From assembly GCA_035532355.1 (NCBI GenBank), contig DATKRJ010000215.1, positions 7,247 through 71,246 on the forward strand: a stretch of DNA of 64,000 bases, given 5' to 3'. The DNA is from Thermomicrobiaceae bacterium (GTDB taxonomy: Bacteria > Chloroflexota > Chloroflexia > Thermomicrobiales > Thermomicrobiaceae). Both the position numbers and the translations under genes were made by a program. The notes beneath the pieces were generated by a model, which did no database searches, was not told where the DNA came from, and worked only from the letters and a program-made list of their open reading frames with translations. The first letter of the stretch is position 1; each line of letters opens with the position of its first letter. Positions 37,773 through 48,350 of the stretch are shown here, piece after piece.

Positions 37773-40700
37773 ATGCCGACCCGGCTCAAGCGGCTCGACC
37801 TCCACGGCTTCAAGAGCTTCGCCACACCCACCACCTTCGTGTTTGATCCCGGGATCACCGCGGTCATCGGGCCGAACGGCTCGGGCAAGAGCAACATCGC
37901 CGACGCCCTGCGCTGGGTCCTGGGCGAGCAGAGCTACGCGAACCTGCGCGGGCGGCGGACGGAGGACGTCATCTTCGCCGGCAGCTCGGCCCGTTCGCCG
38001 ATCGGCATGGCCGAGGTCGCGCTGACACTGGACAATGAGTCCGGCGACCTCCCGCTCCCCTTCGCCGAGGTTACCATCACGCGCCGCGCCTATCGCAGCG
38101 GCGAGAACCAGTACCTGATCAATGGCGCGCGGGTCCGTCTCAAGGACGTGGCTCAGGTGACGGCGTCCCTCGGCCAGGCGTACACCGTCATCGGGCAGGG
38201 GCTCGTCGACGCGGTGCTCAGCCAGCGACCTGAGGAGCGCCGCGGCCTCTTCGAGCACGCGGCCGGCATCACGGGGCTGCGGCTCAAGCACGCGGAGGCC
38301 GAGCGGAACCTGAGTGAGACGCAGTCCAACAGCATGCGCCTGGAGGATCTGCTGGCGGAAGTCGAACCGCGGCTCCGCGGGCTCGAGCGGGCGGCGCGTC
38401 AGGCCCGAGAACACGGCCAGGTGCGCGGTCAGCTCCAGGTTGCCCTGCGGCGCCTCTACGCCCAACATCTCTGGCACGCGGACGCCCGGGCCGTCGAAGC
38501 CGCGGTACACGCGGCGGCGGCGGAGCACGGCGTTGCCGATCTCGTGCTCGAGCGCGACGCAGCCATCGAGGACGCGCGCCTGGCCGCCGCTGAGGCACGC
38601 GACACGCGCGCCGCCAGCGAAGCTCTGGCGCGGCAACTGGAGCAGCTACGGATGAGCCGGCGGGAGGCCGAGCACCGGCTCGCACTCGCGAACGAGCGCA
38701 CGACGGCTCAACACGCTCGGCGCTCCGACCTCCGGCGACGGCGCGACGAGTTGGAGGCTTCGGGATGCGGGCTGGACGCCGAGTTCGCCCGCTGCGACGC
38801 GGCACTCGCCACGCTCGCCGACGAACTCGCGACCGCTCGAGTCGAGCTCGAACACCTCGAGGAGCACGACGCCGACGCCCGCCGCCAGCGCGCGGCGGCA
38901 GCGGCATCCGTGCGCACTGCGGAGGCGACAATCGCGACCCTCGAGCGAGAGCTGTTCGCCCTGGAGTCGCGTCGGGACGTCCTCGCCCAGCGAGCGCACG
39001 ACGCTGCGGTGGAGATCTCCCGGCTCGCAGGGACCGCACAGGACCGTCGTGCCCGCCTCGACGACCTCGCGCGGCAGCACGACGCGCTGACGGCGGCCCT
39101 CCCCGCGGCTCGTACCCAGCTCGAGACAAACCTCACGCAACAGGAGGCGCTGCGCGCCAGCCGCGGCCAGGTTCAGGTGGCGCGCCGGCAGGCAGCCGAG
39201 GCGCTGCAAGCGCTAGAGCGCCGTCTGGTGGAGCGATCGACCCGTCTGGAGACGCTGGGGCGTCTCCGGGACAGTGGAGTCGGTCTGCAAGGCGGCACGC
39301 GAGCCGTGCTGGACGCGGCACGGCACGGCAAGCTGGACGGCGTGGTGGGTGCGCTCGCCAGCCTGGTCCAGGTCCCGGTCGAGCTCGAGGCCGCGGTCGA
39401 GGCAGCGCTGGGCGGGCATCTTCAAGACATCGTGGTCGAGCGCTGGGCCGATGCCGAGGCCGCCATCGAGCACCTGAAGCGGAGCCAGACCGGACGCGCG
39501 ACCTTCCAGCCGCTCGACAGCCTGCGCGAGGTCGCGCCTCGGCAAACCCATCGGCCGGCCCAACCCGGCGTCCGCGGCGTCGCCGCCGACCTGATCGACC
39601 ACGACCCTCGGGTGGCACCCGTCGTAGCGGGGCTGCTCGGCCGCGTGTTGGTCGTCGAGGACCTGCCCACGACCCGGGCCACCCTTCCAACGCTCCCATC
39701 CGGCTGGAGTATCGTCACGCTTGCCGGAGAGATTACCCGGAGCAGCGGTGCCGTGACCGGCGGAGCGCGGGTTCGCGAGAGCGGGACCCTGGCGCGCGAG
39801 CGGGAGCTGCGCGAACTGCCGATTCAGTGCCGCAGTCTCGAGCAGAAGGTGGCCAGCGCGCGGGAGGCGCTGTACGCCGTGGAGCGAGATTCCGCGGACG
39901 TAGAGACCCGGCTGGCCGCGCTCGAGCGAGACGTCACCGCCGCTCGCGAGACCGTGCGCGACGTCGAGACCCGACGGGAGCGGGTAGAGCGCTGGCGCGC
40001 CGAGACAGGCCGTGCCCTGGAGGAGGATCAGGCCCGGATTCAGGACCTGGAAGGGCGACGAGCGGCGGCTGCCGGCGAGGGTGCGTCACTGGCCGCCGCG
40101 GGAGACGCCGCCCGCATGACGCTCGCCGAGGCGCGGGCGGAGTGTGAGCGGACCGCACGTCGAGTCGAGGAACTGGACGACGACGGCTCGGCCCGCCGAC
40201 TGCTGGAGGCACGCGCGACGCTGAGCGGGCTGCGGGAGCGCCAGCGCGCCACCACGCAAGAGCGCGCCCGGCTGGAGACCCAACACGCGGCGCTAGCCCG
40301 CGACTCGGCCAACCTCGATCGACTGACGGACGAGACCGAACAGGAGATCTCCACGGTCGAGCGGGTCATCGCCGACCTTACCGGCGAGGCAGAGCTTGCC
40401 AACGCACGCCTCGAGGAGGCGGCCGAGCGCGAGGGCCCGCTGCTGGAAAGTGTTGCCCGGTCGGAACAGCGGGAGCGCGAGGCAAGCGCCCGGCAGTCCG
40501 TGGTCGCGGCACGTCTTCGCGAGGTTGAGCGCGAGCGGGACCACCTCGCGCTCGAGCTGGCGCGTCGTGGCGACGAGGTCGACCTGCTGCGCGAGCGCGC
40601 TGGACGCGACCTCGAGGTCCCCGCCTACGATCTGGCCGGACTGCTTCCAGCGGCGGTGGAGGCCGACGACGTCGAACGGCTCCAGCGGGAGGTCGATCGC

Positions 40701-41324
40701 CTGCGAGAGCGACTGCGCCGCGTCGGCACCGTCGGCGACGATGCGATCGCGCAATACGAACGGGAGGCGCAGCGCCACGCCTTCCTGCGTGGCCAGCTCG
40801 ACGACGTGCTATCGGCCGGCGACGCCCTGCGCTCCCTGCTCGGGGAACTGGAGCGCGCCATGGCCGCGGAGTTCGATCGCACCTTCGGCGAGGTTGCCGC
40901 GGCCTTCGAGACGACGTTCACCAGCCTGTTCGGCGGCGGGCGGGCGCGCCTCGTCCGCGCCAGCGACGACGGGTCGGTCGGCGTCGACATCCTGGCTCAG
41001 CCGCCGGGCAAGCGCCTGCAGAGCCTGGCGCTCCTCTCCGGCGGGGAGCGGGCGCTGACGGCCGTTGCGCTGCTCTTCGCCATCCTGAAGGTCAACCCCA
41101 GCCCGTTCTGCCTGCTCGACGAGGTAGACGCCGCGCTCGATGAGGCGAACGTGGTCCGGGTTCGCGACGAGCTGCGCGGGCTGGCCGAGGGCACCCAGTT
41201 CGTGGTTGTGACGCACAACCGCGCCACGATCGAGGGGAGCGACACGCTCTACGGCGTCACCATGGGTGCCGACGGCGTGTCCCGCGTGCTGTCGCTGCGC
41301 CTGCCGGAGACCGCTCGCGCCTGA
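37773..41324 (+). CDS. smc: Chromosome partition protein Smc
   Basis: [17 protein letters not shown]...[24 protein letters not shown], long Ala/Arg/Glu coiled coils, a hinge, and a C-terminal [17 protein letters not shown]...LDEVDAALD. Confidence 0.9.
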   Translation: MPTRLKRLDLHGFKSFATPTTFVFDPGITAVIGPNGSGKSNIADALRWVLGEQSYANLRGRRTEDVIFAGSSARSPIGMAEVALTLDNESGDLPLPFAEVTITRRAYRSGENQYLINGARVRLKDVAQVTASLGQAYTVIGQGLVDAVLSQRPEERRGLFEHAAGITGLRLKHAEAERNLSETQSNSMRLEDLLAEVEPRLRGLERAARQAREHGQVRGQLQVALRRLYAQHLWHADARAVEAAVHAAAAEHGVADLVLERDAAIEDARLAAAEARDTRAASEALARQLEQLRMSRREAEHRLALANERTTAQHARRSDLRRRRDELEASGCGLDAEFARCDAALATLADELATARVELEHLEEHDADARRQRAAAAASVRTAEATIATLERELFALESRRDVLAQRAHDAAVEISRLAGTAQDRRARLDDLARQHDALTAALPAARTQLETNLTQQEALRASRGQVQVARRQAAEALQALERRLVERSTRLETLGRLRDSGVGLQGGTRAVLDAARHGKLDGVVGALASLVQVPVELEAAVEAALGGHLQDIVVERWADAEAAIEHLKRSQTGRATFQPLDSLREVAPRQTHRPAQPGVRGVAADLIDHDPRVAPVVAGLLGRVLVVEDLPTTRATLPTLPSGWSIVTLAGEITRSSGAVTGGARVRESGTLARERELRELPIQCRSLEQKVASAREALYAVERDSADVETRLAALERDVTAARETVRDVETRRERVERWRAETGRALEEDQARIQDLEGRRAAAAGEGASLAAAGDAARMTLAEARAECERTARRVEELDDDGSARRLLEARATLSGLRERQRATTQERARLETQHAALARDSANLDRLTDETEQEISTVERVIADLTGEAELANARLEEAAEREGPLLESVARSEQREREASARQSVVAARLREVERERDHLALELARRGDEVDLLRERAGRDLEVPAYDLAGLLPAAVEADDVERLQREVDRLRERLRRVGTVGDDAIAQYEREAQRHAFLRGQLDDVLSAGDALRSLLGELERAMAAEFDRTFGEVAAAFETTFTSLFGGGRARLVRASDDGSVGVDILAQPPGKRLQSLALLSGGERALTAVALLFAILKVNPSPFCLLDEVDAALDEANVVRVRDELRGLAEGTQFVVVTHNRATIEGSDTLYGVTMGADGVSRVLSLRLPETARA

Positions 41325-41352
41325 CGCGCCGGGGCGCGCGGCATCGGCGGGA

Positions 41353-42057
41353 TCAGAGGCCGAGATACGCGGTACGGATCTCGGGCCGCTCGAGGAGCTC
41401 TGAGGCGGGCCCTGAGAGCACGACCCGCCCGGTGTCGAGGATGTAGCCGCGCTGCGCGTGCTCGAGCGCGATCTGCACGTCCTGCTCGACGAGCAGAATG
41501 GTGTTCCCCGCGGCGTGAACCTGCGCCAGCGCGTCCATCAACGCGTCCACGGCGACCGGGGCCAGGCCCAGCGAGAGCTCGTCGATCATCAGCAGCCGGG
41601 GGCGCCCCATCAGCCCGCGCGCGATCGCGCACATCTGCTGCTCACCGCCGCTGAGCTTGCCCGCTAGCGAGCTTACGCGGCGGCGCAGCGCTGGGAAGAG
41701 CTCGAGCATGCGCTCCAGGTCCTCCTGGATACCGTCGCTCCCCTGGCGGGCGTAGGCACCAAGCAGCAGGTTCTCCCGCACGGTGAGACCCTGAAAGAGA
41801 TGGCGGCCCTGCGGTACGTGGACGATGCCGAGCCGGACTAGCCGGTCAGACCCCAGCGCCGTCACGTCCCGCCCGTCGAGCTCGAAGCGCCCGGCCTTAA
41901 TCTCGACCAGCCCGGACAGCGCCCCCAGGAGCGTCGATTTGCCGGCGCCGTTGGAGCCGACGATCGCGACCATCTCGCCGGTCTCGACCTCGATGTTGAC
42001 GTCCCACAGCACCTGCACGTCGCGATAGCCGGCGCCGAGGTCCACGGTCCTCAGCAT
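41353..42057 (-). CDS. livF: Branched-chain amino acid (HAAT family) ABC transporter ATP-binding protein LivF-like
   Basis: GSNGAGKSTLL, LSGGEQQMCAIARGL and LLMIDELSLGLAP. The start overlaps the livG stop by 1 nt (TAATG). Confidence 0.85.
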   Translation of the reverse strand: MLRTVDLGAGYRDVQVLWDVNIEVETGEMVAIVGSNGAGKSTLLGALSGLVEIKAGRFELDGRDVTALGSDRLVRLGIVHVPQGRHLFQGLTVRENLLLGAYARQGSDGIQEDLERMLELFPALRRRVSSLAGKLSGGEQQMCAIARGLMGRPRLLMIDELSLGLAPVAVDALMDALAQVHAAGNTILLVEQDVQIALEHAQRGYILDTGRVVLSGPASELLERPEIRTAYLGL

Positions 42058-42836
42058 TACGCCCCCTCCGCCCCCAGCTCCCGCGCCGCCCAGCGGGCTC
42101 CCAGATACGCTTTGATCACCCCCGGGTTCGCCGACACGTCCTGGGGCGTGCCCTCGGCGATCACCCGGCCCGCGTCCAGCACCACGATGCGGTCGCACAG
42201 CCGCATGATGGCCCGCATCACGTGTTCGATGACCAGGATCGTCACCCCGCCACGGTTGATTCGCCTCACCAGATCGATCGCTTCATCGATCTCGGTCGCG
42301 TGCAGGCCGGCCATGACCTCATCGAGCAAGAGGACGAGGGGATCGGCGGCGATCGCCTTGGCAAGCTCGAGCCGCTTGCGGTCCTGTAGCGTGAGCGCGG
42401 AGGACGATCGATCGGCCAGCGCGGCCAGATCCACCTGCGCCAGCACCTCGTCGGCGCGTGCCCGCGCGGCCGCCACGCTGTGACGCTGGCCGCGCCCAAA
42501 GAGGGCACCAATCGCGACGTTCTCACGCACGGACATGCCCGCGAACGGACGGACCACCTGGAACGTGCGCGCCATACCGGCCCGACCTATCCGATGCGGC
42601 GCCCAGCCGGTAACGTCGACGCCGTTGAACTCGACGCGCCCCGCGTCCGGCTCCGCTACCCCGGTCAGGAGGTTGACCAGCGTCGTCTTGCCCGCACCGT
42701 TCGGGCCGATCAGGCCGAGGATCTCGCCCTCGCGCAGTTCGAAGCTGACATTGTCGGTCGCGGCCAACGCGCCGAAACTCTTGCGTAGGTGCGCCACGCG
42801 CAGAATGGGGTCGCCGATGCGGCGCTGCGCCTCCAT
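42057..42836 (-). CDS. livG: HAAT family ABC transporter ATP-binding protein LivG-like
   Basis: GPNGAGKTTLVNLLTG, LLLDEVMAGL and the C-terminal LivG-type extension. Confidence 0.85.
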   Translation of the reverse strand: MEAQRRIGDPILRVAHLRKSFGALAATDNVSFELREGEILGLIGPNGAGKTTLVNLLTGVAEPDAGRVEFNGVDVTGWAPHRIGRAGMARTFQVVRPFAGMSVRENVAIGALFGRGQRHSVAAARARADEVLAQVDLAALADRSSSALTLQDRKRLELAKAIAADPLVLLLDEVMAGLHATEIDEAIDLVRRINRGGVTILVIEHVMRAIMRLCDRIVVLDAGRVIAEGTPQDVSANPGVIKAYLGARWAARELGAEGA

Positions 42837-42840
42837 CGGG

Positions 42841-43833
42841 CTACACCCGGAACGCTTTCAGATCACGCAGGAAGTTGCGGACACCGGTACGCCCCTGGGC
42901 CACCAGGCCGCCCAGTCCTCCGGGGAGGAACAGCACGATCAGGAGCACGACCGCGCCGAAGATGACCGCGTGCCACTGGAGAAAGGCGCCGGTGAGCTGC
43001 TCGTTGAGCCCATCGAGGAGGAAGGCGCCGACCACCGGGCCGAGCACCGTGCCGGCACCGCCGAGCAGCGCCATCACGATCAGATCCACGTTGCGGGTGA
43101 TGTCGAATACCGTCGGGGCGTAGATCGACGTGCTCCAGTACGCCTGGACACCGCCCGCCAGCCCCGTCAGGAGCGCGCTGATCGCGAACGCCGCCGTCTT
43201 GTAGAGCGCGGTGTTGACGCCGAGGACGGCGGCCGCCTGCTCGTTCTCGCGGATCGCGACCAGGGCGTAACCGAGCCGCGAGCGAGCGATGAGCCAGGTC
43301 GCCACGACGGCGAGCACGAGCACGGCGAGCATCACGTAGTAGAAGAACGCGAACGGCGGACCGATCGGCAGCGAGATGCCGCTCGAGGCGCCCACGTAGC
43401 GGAGGTTGTTGGCCAGTTCGCCGAGGGCAATCCCGAAGGCCAGCGTCGCAATCGCGAAGTAGTGGCCGCGAAGCCGGAGGATGGGCACGCCAATCAGAGC
43501 AGCTACGACGGCCGGGAGAAGCCCGGCGGCGATCAGCGACGGCCAGAACGGCCAGCCCCACCTGCTCATCGCCACGCCCACCGTGTAGGCGCCCAGGCCG
43601 AACCACCCCACCTGACCGAAGGCCGCGTAGCCGGTAAAGCCCCCGATGATGTTCCAGCCCTCGGCCATGACCGCCACGGCGAAGATCCCGGTCAGGACGC
43701 GCACCCAGTAGTCGTCACCGTTCAACGGCACCGCGACGAGGAGGATCAGGACCAGCACCGAGAGCACCCAGCCCAGCGAGCGACTGGTGATCGGTGGGAG
43801 CAGCGAGCGCCGCCTCGACGCGTTCGCCCCCAC
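42841..43833 (-). CDS. livM: HAAT family ABC transporter permease LivM-like
   Basis: Polytopic sequence. A GTG start lies 1 nt after the livH stop. The track start at 43947 overlaps livH. Confidence 0.8.
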   Translation of the reverse strand: MGANASRRRSLLPPITSRSLGWVLSVLVLILLVAVPLNGDDYWVRVLTGIFAVAVMAEGWNIIGGFTGYAAFGQVGWFGLGAYTVGVAMSRWGWPFWPSLIAAGLLPAVVAALIGVPILRLRGHYFAIATLAFGIALGELANNLRYVGASSGISLPIGPPFAFFYYVMLAVLVLAVVATWLIARSRLGYALVAIRENEQAAAVLGVNTALYKTAAFAISALLTGLAGGVQAYWSTSIYAPTVFDITRNVDLIVMALLGGAGTVLGPVVGAFLLDGLNEQLTGAFLQWHAVIFGAVVLLIVLFLPGGLGGLVAQGRTGVRNFLRDLKAFRV

Positions 43834-43834
43834 G

Positions 43835-44716
43835 TTAGCCCTCCGCCGTCCCGCCGGAATATTCACGGCCCAGGATCCCCTGCGGCCGCAGCAGCAGGAT
43901 GACGAGCAGGATGGCAAACACCACCGCGTCGGCATAGCCCGCCCCAAACCAGGCCGCGCCGAAGACGTCGACCAGGCCGAAGATCAGCCCGCCGATCAAC
44001 GCCCCGGCGACATTGCCGAGCCCGCCCAAAATGCAGATCGCGAAGGCCAGCACCGTGTAGCTGGCGCCCATCGTCGGTGAAATCGGGCGGACCACCGCCA
44101 CGAGCGATCCCGCCGCACCCGCGATAGCCGCCCCAATCCCGAAGGTGACGGCGTAGATGCTTCCCAGCGAGATGCCCACCACCTTCGCGCCGGTGTGGTC
44201 GTAGGCCGTGGCACGAATGGCCTGACCGAGTCGGGTTCGCGCCAGGAAGAGCCACAGCAGCGCGGTGATCGCCAGCGCCAGGATCAGGGTGCTCAGCTGT
44301 ACGTAGGGCACGACCAACGTGCCGAACTGGATCCGGCTGCCGCCATAGCTCGGGTTGACCGAGCGCACATCCGCCTTCCACCACAGGAGCGCCAGGCTGC
44401 TGAGGAGGAGGTCGAGTCCGAACGTCAGAAGCAGCGTGATCAGCGCGGGCGCCCGCACCACCCAGTTGATGATTCCCCGCTGGATGGCGTAGCCGAGGAC
44501 GAAGAGCACCAGCATCGAGATCGGGATCGACAGGAAGGGGTCGACACCGAACAGGTCGAACAACCAGTAGGTGACGAACGCGCCGATCATCACGAACGAC
44601 CCGTGGGCGATGTTGATGATGTTCAGGATGCCCCAGACGAGCGAGAAGCCGAGCGCGACCAGCGCCAGCACTCCGCCGAGGAGCAGTCCGTTAATGATTT
44701 GCTGGACCGTCAGCAT
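43835..44716 (-). CDS. livH: HAAT family ABC transporter permease LivH-like
   Basis: MLTVQQIINGLLLGGVLALVALGFSLVWGILNIINIAHGSF. Confidence 0.85.
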   Translation of the reverse strand: MLTVQQIINGLLLGGVLALVALGFSLVWGILNIINIAHGSFVMIGAFVTYWLFDLFGVDPFLSIPISMLVLFVLGYAIQRGIINWVVRAPALITLLLTFGLDLLLSSLALLWWKADVRSVNPSYGGSRIQFGTLVVPYVQLSTLILALAITALLWLFLARTRLGQAIRATAYDHTGAKVVGISLGSIYAVTFGIGAAIAGAAGSLVAVVRPISPTMGASYTVLAFAICILGGLGNVAGALIGGLIFGLVDVFGAAWFGAGYADAVVFAILLVILLLRPQGILGREYSGGTAEG

Positions 44717-44768
44717 AGCGGCAGCGAGACCGGTCGGGCGCGCTCGACGGATCTCGCGACGACTCCTC

Positions 44769-46025
44769 TCAAGCCGATGGTCGCTTATCCCACGGGGGAG
44801 CCGGATAGGCGGGCTTCACCTTGGCTGCCGCCTGCGGCCAGACGGTTACTTTGGTGCCGTTCTGCCACTGCTCAGCGGCCATCGGCTTGTAGATGTTCTT
44901 GCCCGTGCTGTCGAACTTGATCTGTCCGTAAAACGTCATGGCATCTAGCGAGACCAGCGCGTCCCGGACCTTCTGTGGATCGAGCGACTTGGCCGCCTCA
45001 ATGGCCAGGTGCAGCGCGTAGCACGCCGCGGTGGACTCGGCGACGTGGTAGTCCGGCTCGTATTTGAACTGCTTGTTGAAGTTGTCGTTGAAGTCCTGGG
45101 CTGTGCCGAAGAGTGCGTCCTGGTAGCTCAGGTCCTTCGTCCACTGAGTGCCGCCGAAGACGTCGTTTGCAGCGTCTCCGAGCGAGGTCTTGAAGTCGGG
45201 AACCGACGGTCCGACGCTGAAGCCATAGGCCTTCGCGCTCAGCCCGATCGAGCGACAGGTCTTCATGATGAGCACGCTGGTATTGAAGTGGCCCGAGCCC
45301 AGCAGCACGTCTGGGTTCTTGGCCTTGATACCAGTCAGCACCGACGTAACGTCGGTGCTAGTGGCCGGGATCTGCTGATCGGCCACGACCTGCATGCCCT
45401 TGGACGTGGCGTAATCCGCCACGCCCTTGCCGACCTCGACCGAAAAGTCGTCGTTGTCCGAGATGATCGCGAGCGTCTTCGGCGCCGGATTTGCCTCGAG
45501 CAGGGCGTCTATCACGCCCTTGAGGTACTGCGGAGCGGGCGTCAGCACCCCGAAGATGTACTTGTACCCCTTACTGAAGATGGAGGTCGCCGCGCCGTTC
45601 CCCTCGACCATAGGGATCTGGTACTTCTCGCTGATGACCGCCGACTGGAGGGTCGCGTCCGTGCCGTACGGCCCGAGCAGGTGGTTGATCTTGTCCTCGC
45701 TGATGAGCTTCTGGAAGAGCTGTGCCGACTGCGTCGGGTTGCTCTGGTCGTCGTACAGCTTCAGGTCGATCTGGTAGGTCTTACCGCCCACGTTGAGTCC
45801 GCCGTGCGCGTTGACCCAGTCCTTGTAGAACGTGTAGCCGTCCTTGGTGAGGCCGCCCTCCTGGGACAGGCTCCCGGTCAAGGACACCGCCGCGCCAAAG
45901 GTCACCGTGGTGCTGCTACCGCTCCCGCTGCTGCCGCAGGCCGAGAGCACGACCAGCCCTCCGAGCCCGGCTCCCGTCAGCCGCAGGAACTCCCGACGCG
46001 TGTACGCGCTCCGCGTCGCTGCCAT
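44769..46025 (-). CDS. HAAT family ABC transporter substrate-binding lipoprotein (LivJ/K-like)
   Basis: Tat-like motif RREFLRLTGAGLGG plus lipobox VLSAC, then a type-I periplasmic binding fold-like body. GAGGAG precedes the ATG at 46025. Confidence 0.8.
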   Translation of the reverse strand: MAATRSAYTRREFLRLTGAGLGGLVVLSACGSSGSGSSTTVTFGAAVSLTGSLSQEGGLTKDGYTFYKDWVNAHGGLNVGGKTYQIDLKLYDDQSNPTQSAQLFQKLISEDKINHLLGPYGTDATLQSAVISEKYQIPMVEGNGAATSIFSKGYKYIFGVLTPAPQYLKGVIDALLEANPAPKTLAIISDNDDFSVEVGKGVADYATSKGMQVVADQQIPATSTDVTSVLTGIKAKNPDVLLGSGHFNTSVLIMKTCRSIGLSAKAYGFSVGPSVPDFKTSLGDAANDVFGGTQWTKDLSYQDALFGTAQDFNDNFNKQFKYEPDYHVAESTAACYALHLAIEAAKSLDPQKVRDALVSLDAMTFYGQIKFDSTGKNIYKPMAAEQWQNGTKVTVWPQAAAKVKPAYPAPPWDKRPSA

Positions 46026-46224
46026 GCCGGCTCCTCTCACGCGCGCCTGGTGATCCCGGCGCGCTATGCTCCCCCTACCGAGCACGCTGCTGGGTCCACC
46101 CGTGTGCGAGCGGCACATCGGACACTCTCGATTGTCATGCGGGGATAACTCCGCGTCAAGCGGCACAATGGTGAGCCCGACTCTAATCGTCCTAGTAACC
46201 GCATCTCACGGTCGGGCCATCTGG

Positions 46225-47697
46225 TCATTCGTCGAAAGGATCGAGGGGCCAGATGGGCCGGCGAACGTGGCGGAAGTCGAGGCGCGACAGGTCCGCCCCA
46301 CTGATCCCGGGACCCTCGACCAACACCACGCGCTCGGCAATGGGTTCGAATGCGGCGCGGAAGTGACCCTTGCCCTTCAGCGCGATCACCCGCAGATTCG
46401 TGGGCTCGATGCCGTGAGTCCGGAAGATATTGATGTCGATCGGCGTCTCGGCGCGCTCGGTGACGAGCACGGCGACGCTGTCGCAAGCCACCACTGCGGT
46501 TCGCCCCAGGTCTACCGGCACTCCGGCGTGCATCGGCCCCCGGTTGACGTAGCGGCCGTCGGAGAGCATGCGGACGTAGCCGCGCACCGGTAGCGGTGCG
46601 CCGTGGAGCCGATCGATCTTGCCACCGAGGCGCAGGTCGACGATCGACCCGACCCCAGCGGCGATGCACCTGGCGACCGACTCTGGGTCGGCGATGAGCG
46701 CCAGCGCGGCATCGCGCGCCCCTTCGTGCAGCAGGAAACGCAGCAGTTCTGCGCTGTCCCCGGTGCCACCCGTCCACGGGTTGTCGCCGATGTCCACCAG
46801 CACCAGCGGGCCGTGCTGGATCGCGCGCAGGGCGGCCGCGGCCTCCTCCCACGACGCCACACCGCCGAGAAAACCGTCGCGTCGCTGCCACGCGAGTCCG
46901 GCCAGTTCGTCCGCCAGGCGACGGGCGAGACCCGGGTCGCCGTCGGTCGTCACGAGGACGCAGAAGCCCGCCTCCTCCACGTCCGCCGGGGGGAACCCTC
47001 CGGCGACGGTGATGGTCAGCACGCCCGGCGTCCGCTCGAGTTCGTGGGCGCGGGCGACGATCGACCGCATGGGCTCCTGGTGGGTGGGCATGTTCTGCGA
47101 GGTCGGTAGCATGGGCGGCCTGGCCAGCGCCGTCTCCGGATGGACCTCGCCACGAGCGATCCGTACCAGCAACTCCGCCGCCTCTCGCCCGCGCTCGCGC
47201 TGGTCCACGTGTGGATAGGTATCGAACCCGACCAGCGCGTCGGCCAACTCGGCCATCGCGTCGCTGATGTTGGCGTGCAGGTCGAGCGTCGCCACCACCG
47301 GGACACGTGGGCCGACGGCCCGGCGGACCCGGCTCAGGATGTACCCGTCGGCGTCGCGTGCCGCCTCCGACACCATCGCGCCGTGCAGCCCGAGGAGCAC
47401 CCCGTCGACGGGACCGGCCTCGGCGATCCCGTCGACGATCTCACCCAGCAGCGAATCGAGCGCCCCGGCCGTGACCATCCCGGACGGCGTGGCCCACACA
47501 GACAGGATCGGGATGAGCTCCAGGCCAAGCTCGACCGCGGCGTCGAGGAATCCGGCGACCGGCGTCGCGGTCCCCCCCAGCTCGCGGGTAACCGCCGCGC
47601 CGCGCCGGATCCCGGCTCGCTCGAAGGCCGCCAGGTCGGTAGGGACGCTGCTGAACGTGTTCGTCTCGTGGGACAGCTCCGCCACCACGACTCTCAT
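46225..47697 (-). CDS. M81 family metallopeptidase / MlrC-like protein
   Basis: MRVVVAELSHETNTFS at the N-terminus and about 490 aa long. Family resemblance only. Confidence 0.65.
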   Translation of the reverse strand: MRVVVAELSHETNTFSSVPTDLAAFERAGIRRGAAVTRELGGTATPVAGFLDAAVELGLELIPILSVWATPSGMVTAGALDSLLGEIVDGIAEAGPVDGVLLGLHGAMVSEAARDADGYILSRVRRAVGPRVPVVATLDLHANISDAMAELADALVGFDTYPHVDQRERGREAAELLVRIARGEVHPETALARPPMLPTSQNMPTHQEPMRSIVARAHELERTPGVLTITVAGGFPPADVEEAGFCVLVTTDGDPGLARRLADELAGLAWQRRDGFLGGVASWEEAAAALRAIQHGPLVLVDIGDNPWTGGTGDSAELLRFLLHEGARDAALALIADPESVARCIAAGVGSIVDLRLGGKIDRLHGAPLPVRGYVRMLSDGRYVNRGPMHAGVPVDLGRTAVVACDSVAVLVTERAETPIDINIFRTHGIEPTNLRVIALKGKGHFRAAFEPIAERVVLVEGPGISGADLSRLDFRHVRRPIWPLDPFDE

Positions 47698-47871
47698 GCG
47701 ACGTGGCCCATCCCATCCAGCGCGACGCCGCGATGCCCCGCGACCGTCCCGCGCGACTCACTCAGCCTGTCCACAGAGGGTAGCTGGTTCAACACATCCG
47801 CCTAGCCGGACGGGCGGATCATAGCCCTCCACCGGCCAGGCGGCAAACCGGAGCCTCGTGACGCCGGCGTC

Positions 47872-47900
47872 TTGACATTATCACCATATCGTGATACTAT
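47872..47900 (+). promoter_or_regulatory. Near-consensus sigma70 promoter
   Basis: TTGACA (47872-47877), 17-nt spacer, TACTAT (47895-47900), in an AT-rich patch. The spacer contains the inverted repeat ATCAC-n6-GTGAT. Confidence 0.6.
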
Positions 47901-47962
47901 GATAGCAACGGAGAGGCGGATGGCCTTCGCCGCGATGGCAATGGACTCCGGAGGAATCGGAA

Positions 47963-48142
47963 ATGACCAAGTTCGGCAAGCTGATGCACTACCTGACGAT
48001 GATCCCGGGCCGCGACACGGCCTTCGAGACCTACTACGGCTCGCTCGTCCTGGGCCACCAGCAGGGGGTCCCGAGCGCGGCCGAGGCGCGGCGCGACTAC
48101 GAGCCAGTCCGCAAGGTCATAGATCGCGTCATCGTCTACTAG
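47963..48142 (+). CDS. Hypothetical small protein (59 aa), below the ORF-track cut-off
   Basis: GGAGGA (47950-47955) lies 7 nt before the ATG. Translation: MTKFGKLMHYLTMIPGRDTAFETYYGSLVLGHQQGVPSAAEARRDYEPVRKVIDRVIVY. Codon third positions are GC-rich like neighbouring genes. Flanked by its own promoter and terminator. Confidence 0.55.
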   Translation: MTKFGKLMHYLTMIPGRDTAFETYYGSLVLGHQQGVPSAAEARRDYEPVRKVIDRVIVY

Positions 48143-48243
48143 GTCGACCAAGGGTTCAGTCTCGGGGCCTATCATCCCGCACTCAGGCGGCGATTGAGGC
48201 GGCAACGCGGGTTCACCGGATGCCGCACCGAGCGCCCAGATTT

Positions 48244-48281
48244 CCGGGCCGGTCACTCATTTTGACCGGCCCGGTTTTCTT
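48244..48281 (+). terminator. Rho-independent terminator
   Basis: 12-bp stem ccgggccggtca / tgaccggcccgg, a 7-nt loop, then ttttctt. Confidence 0.75.
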
Positions 48282-48308
48282 GTCCCTGCTCGGGTCCGCA
48301 CGGATAAT
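48280..48308 (+). promoter_or_regulatory. Sigma70-like promoter for the second small gene
   Basis: TTGTCC (48280-48285), 17-nt spacer, GATAAT (48303-48308). Confidence 0.45.
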
Positions 48309-48350
48309 CGTGGGGTGAATCCAACGCGTCAGGTACGGGAGGAGCAGACG

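Noticed and set aside
38284-40147. Multiple overlapping Arg/Ala/Pro-rich ORFs on both strands that could suggest nested genes or a repeat array.
   Set aside because: They lie inside the smc coiled-coil region. The Ala/Arg/Glu-rich, GC-saturated codons there keep alternative frames open. SMC head, hinge and tail motifs are in the main frame.
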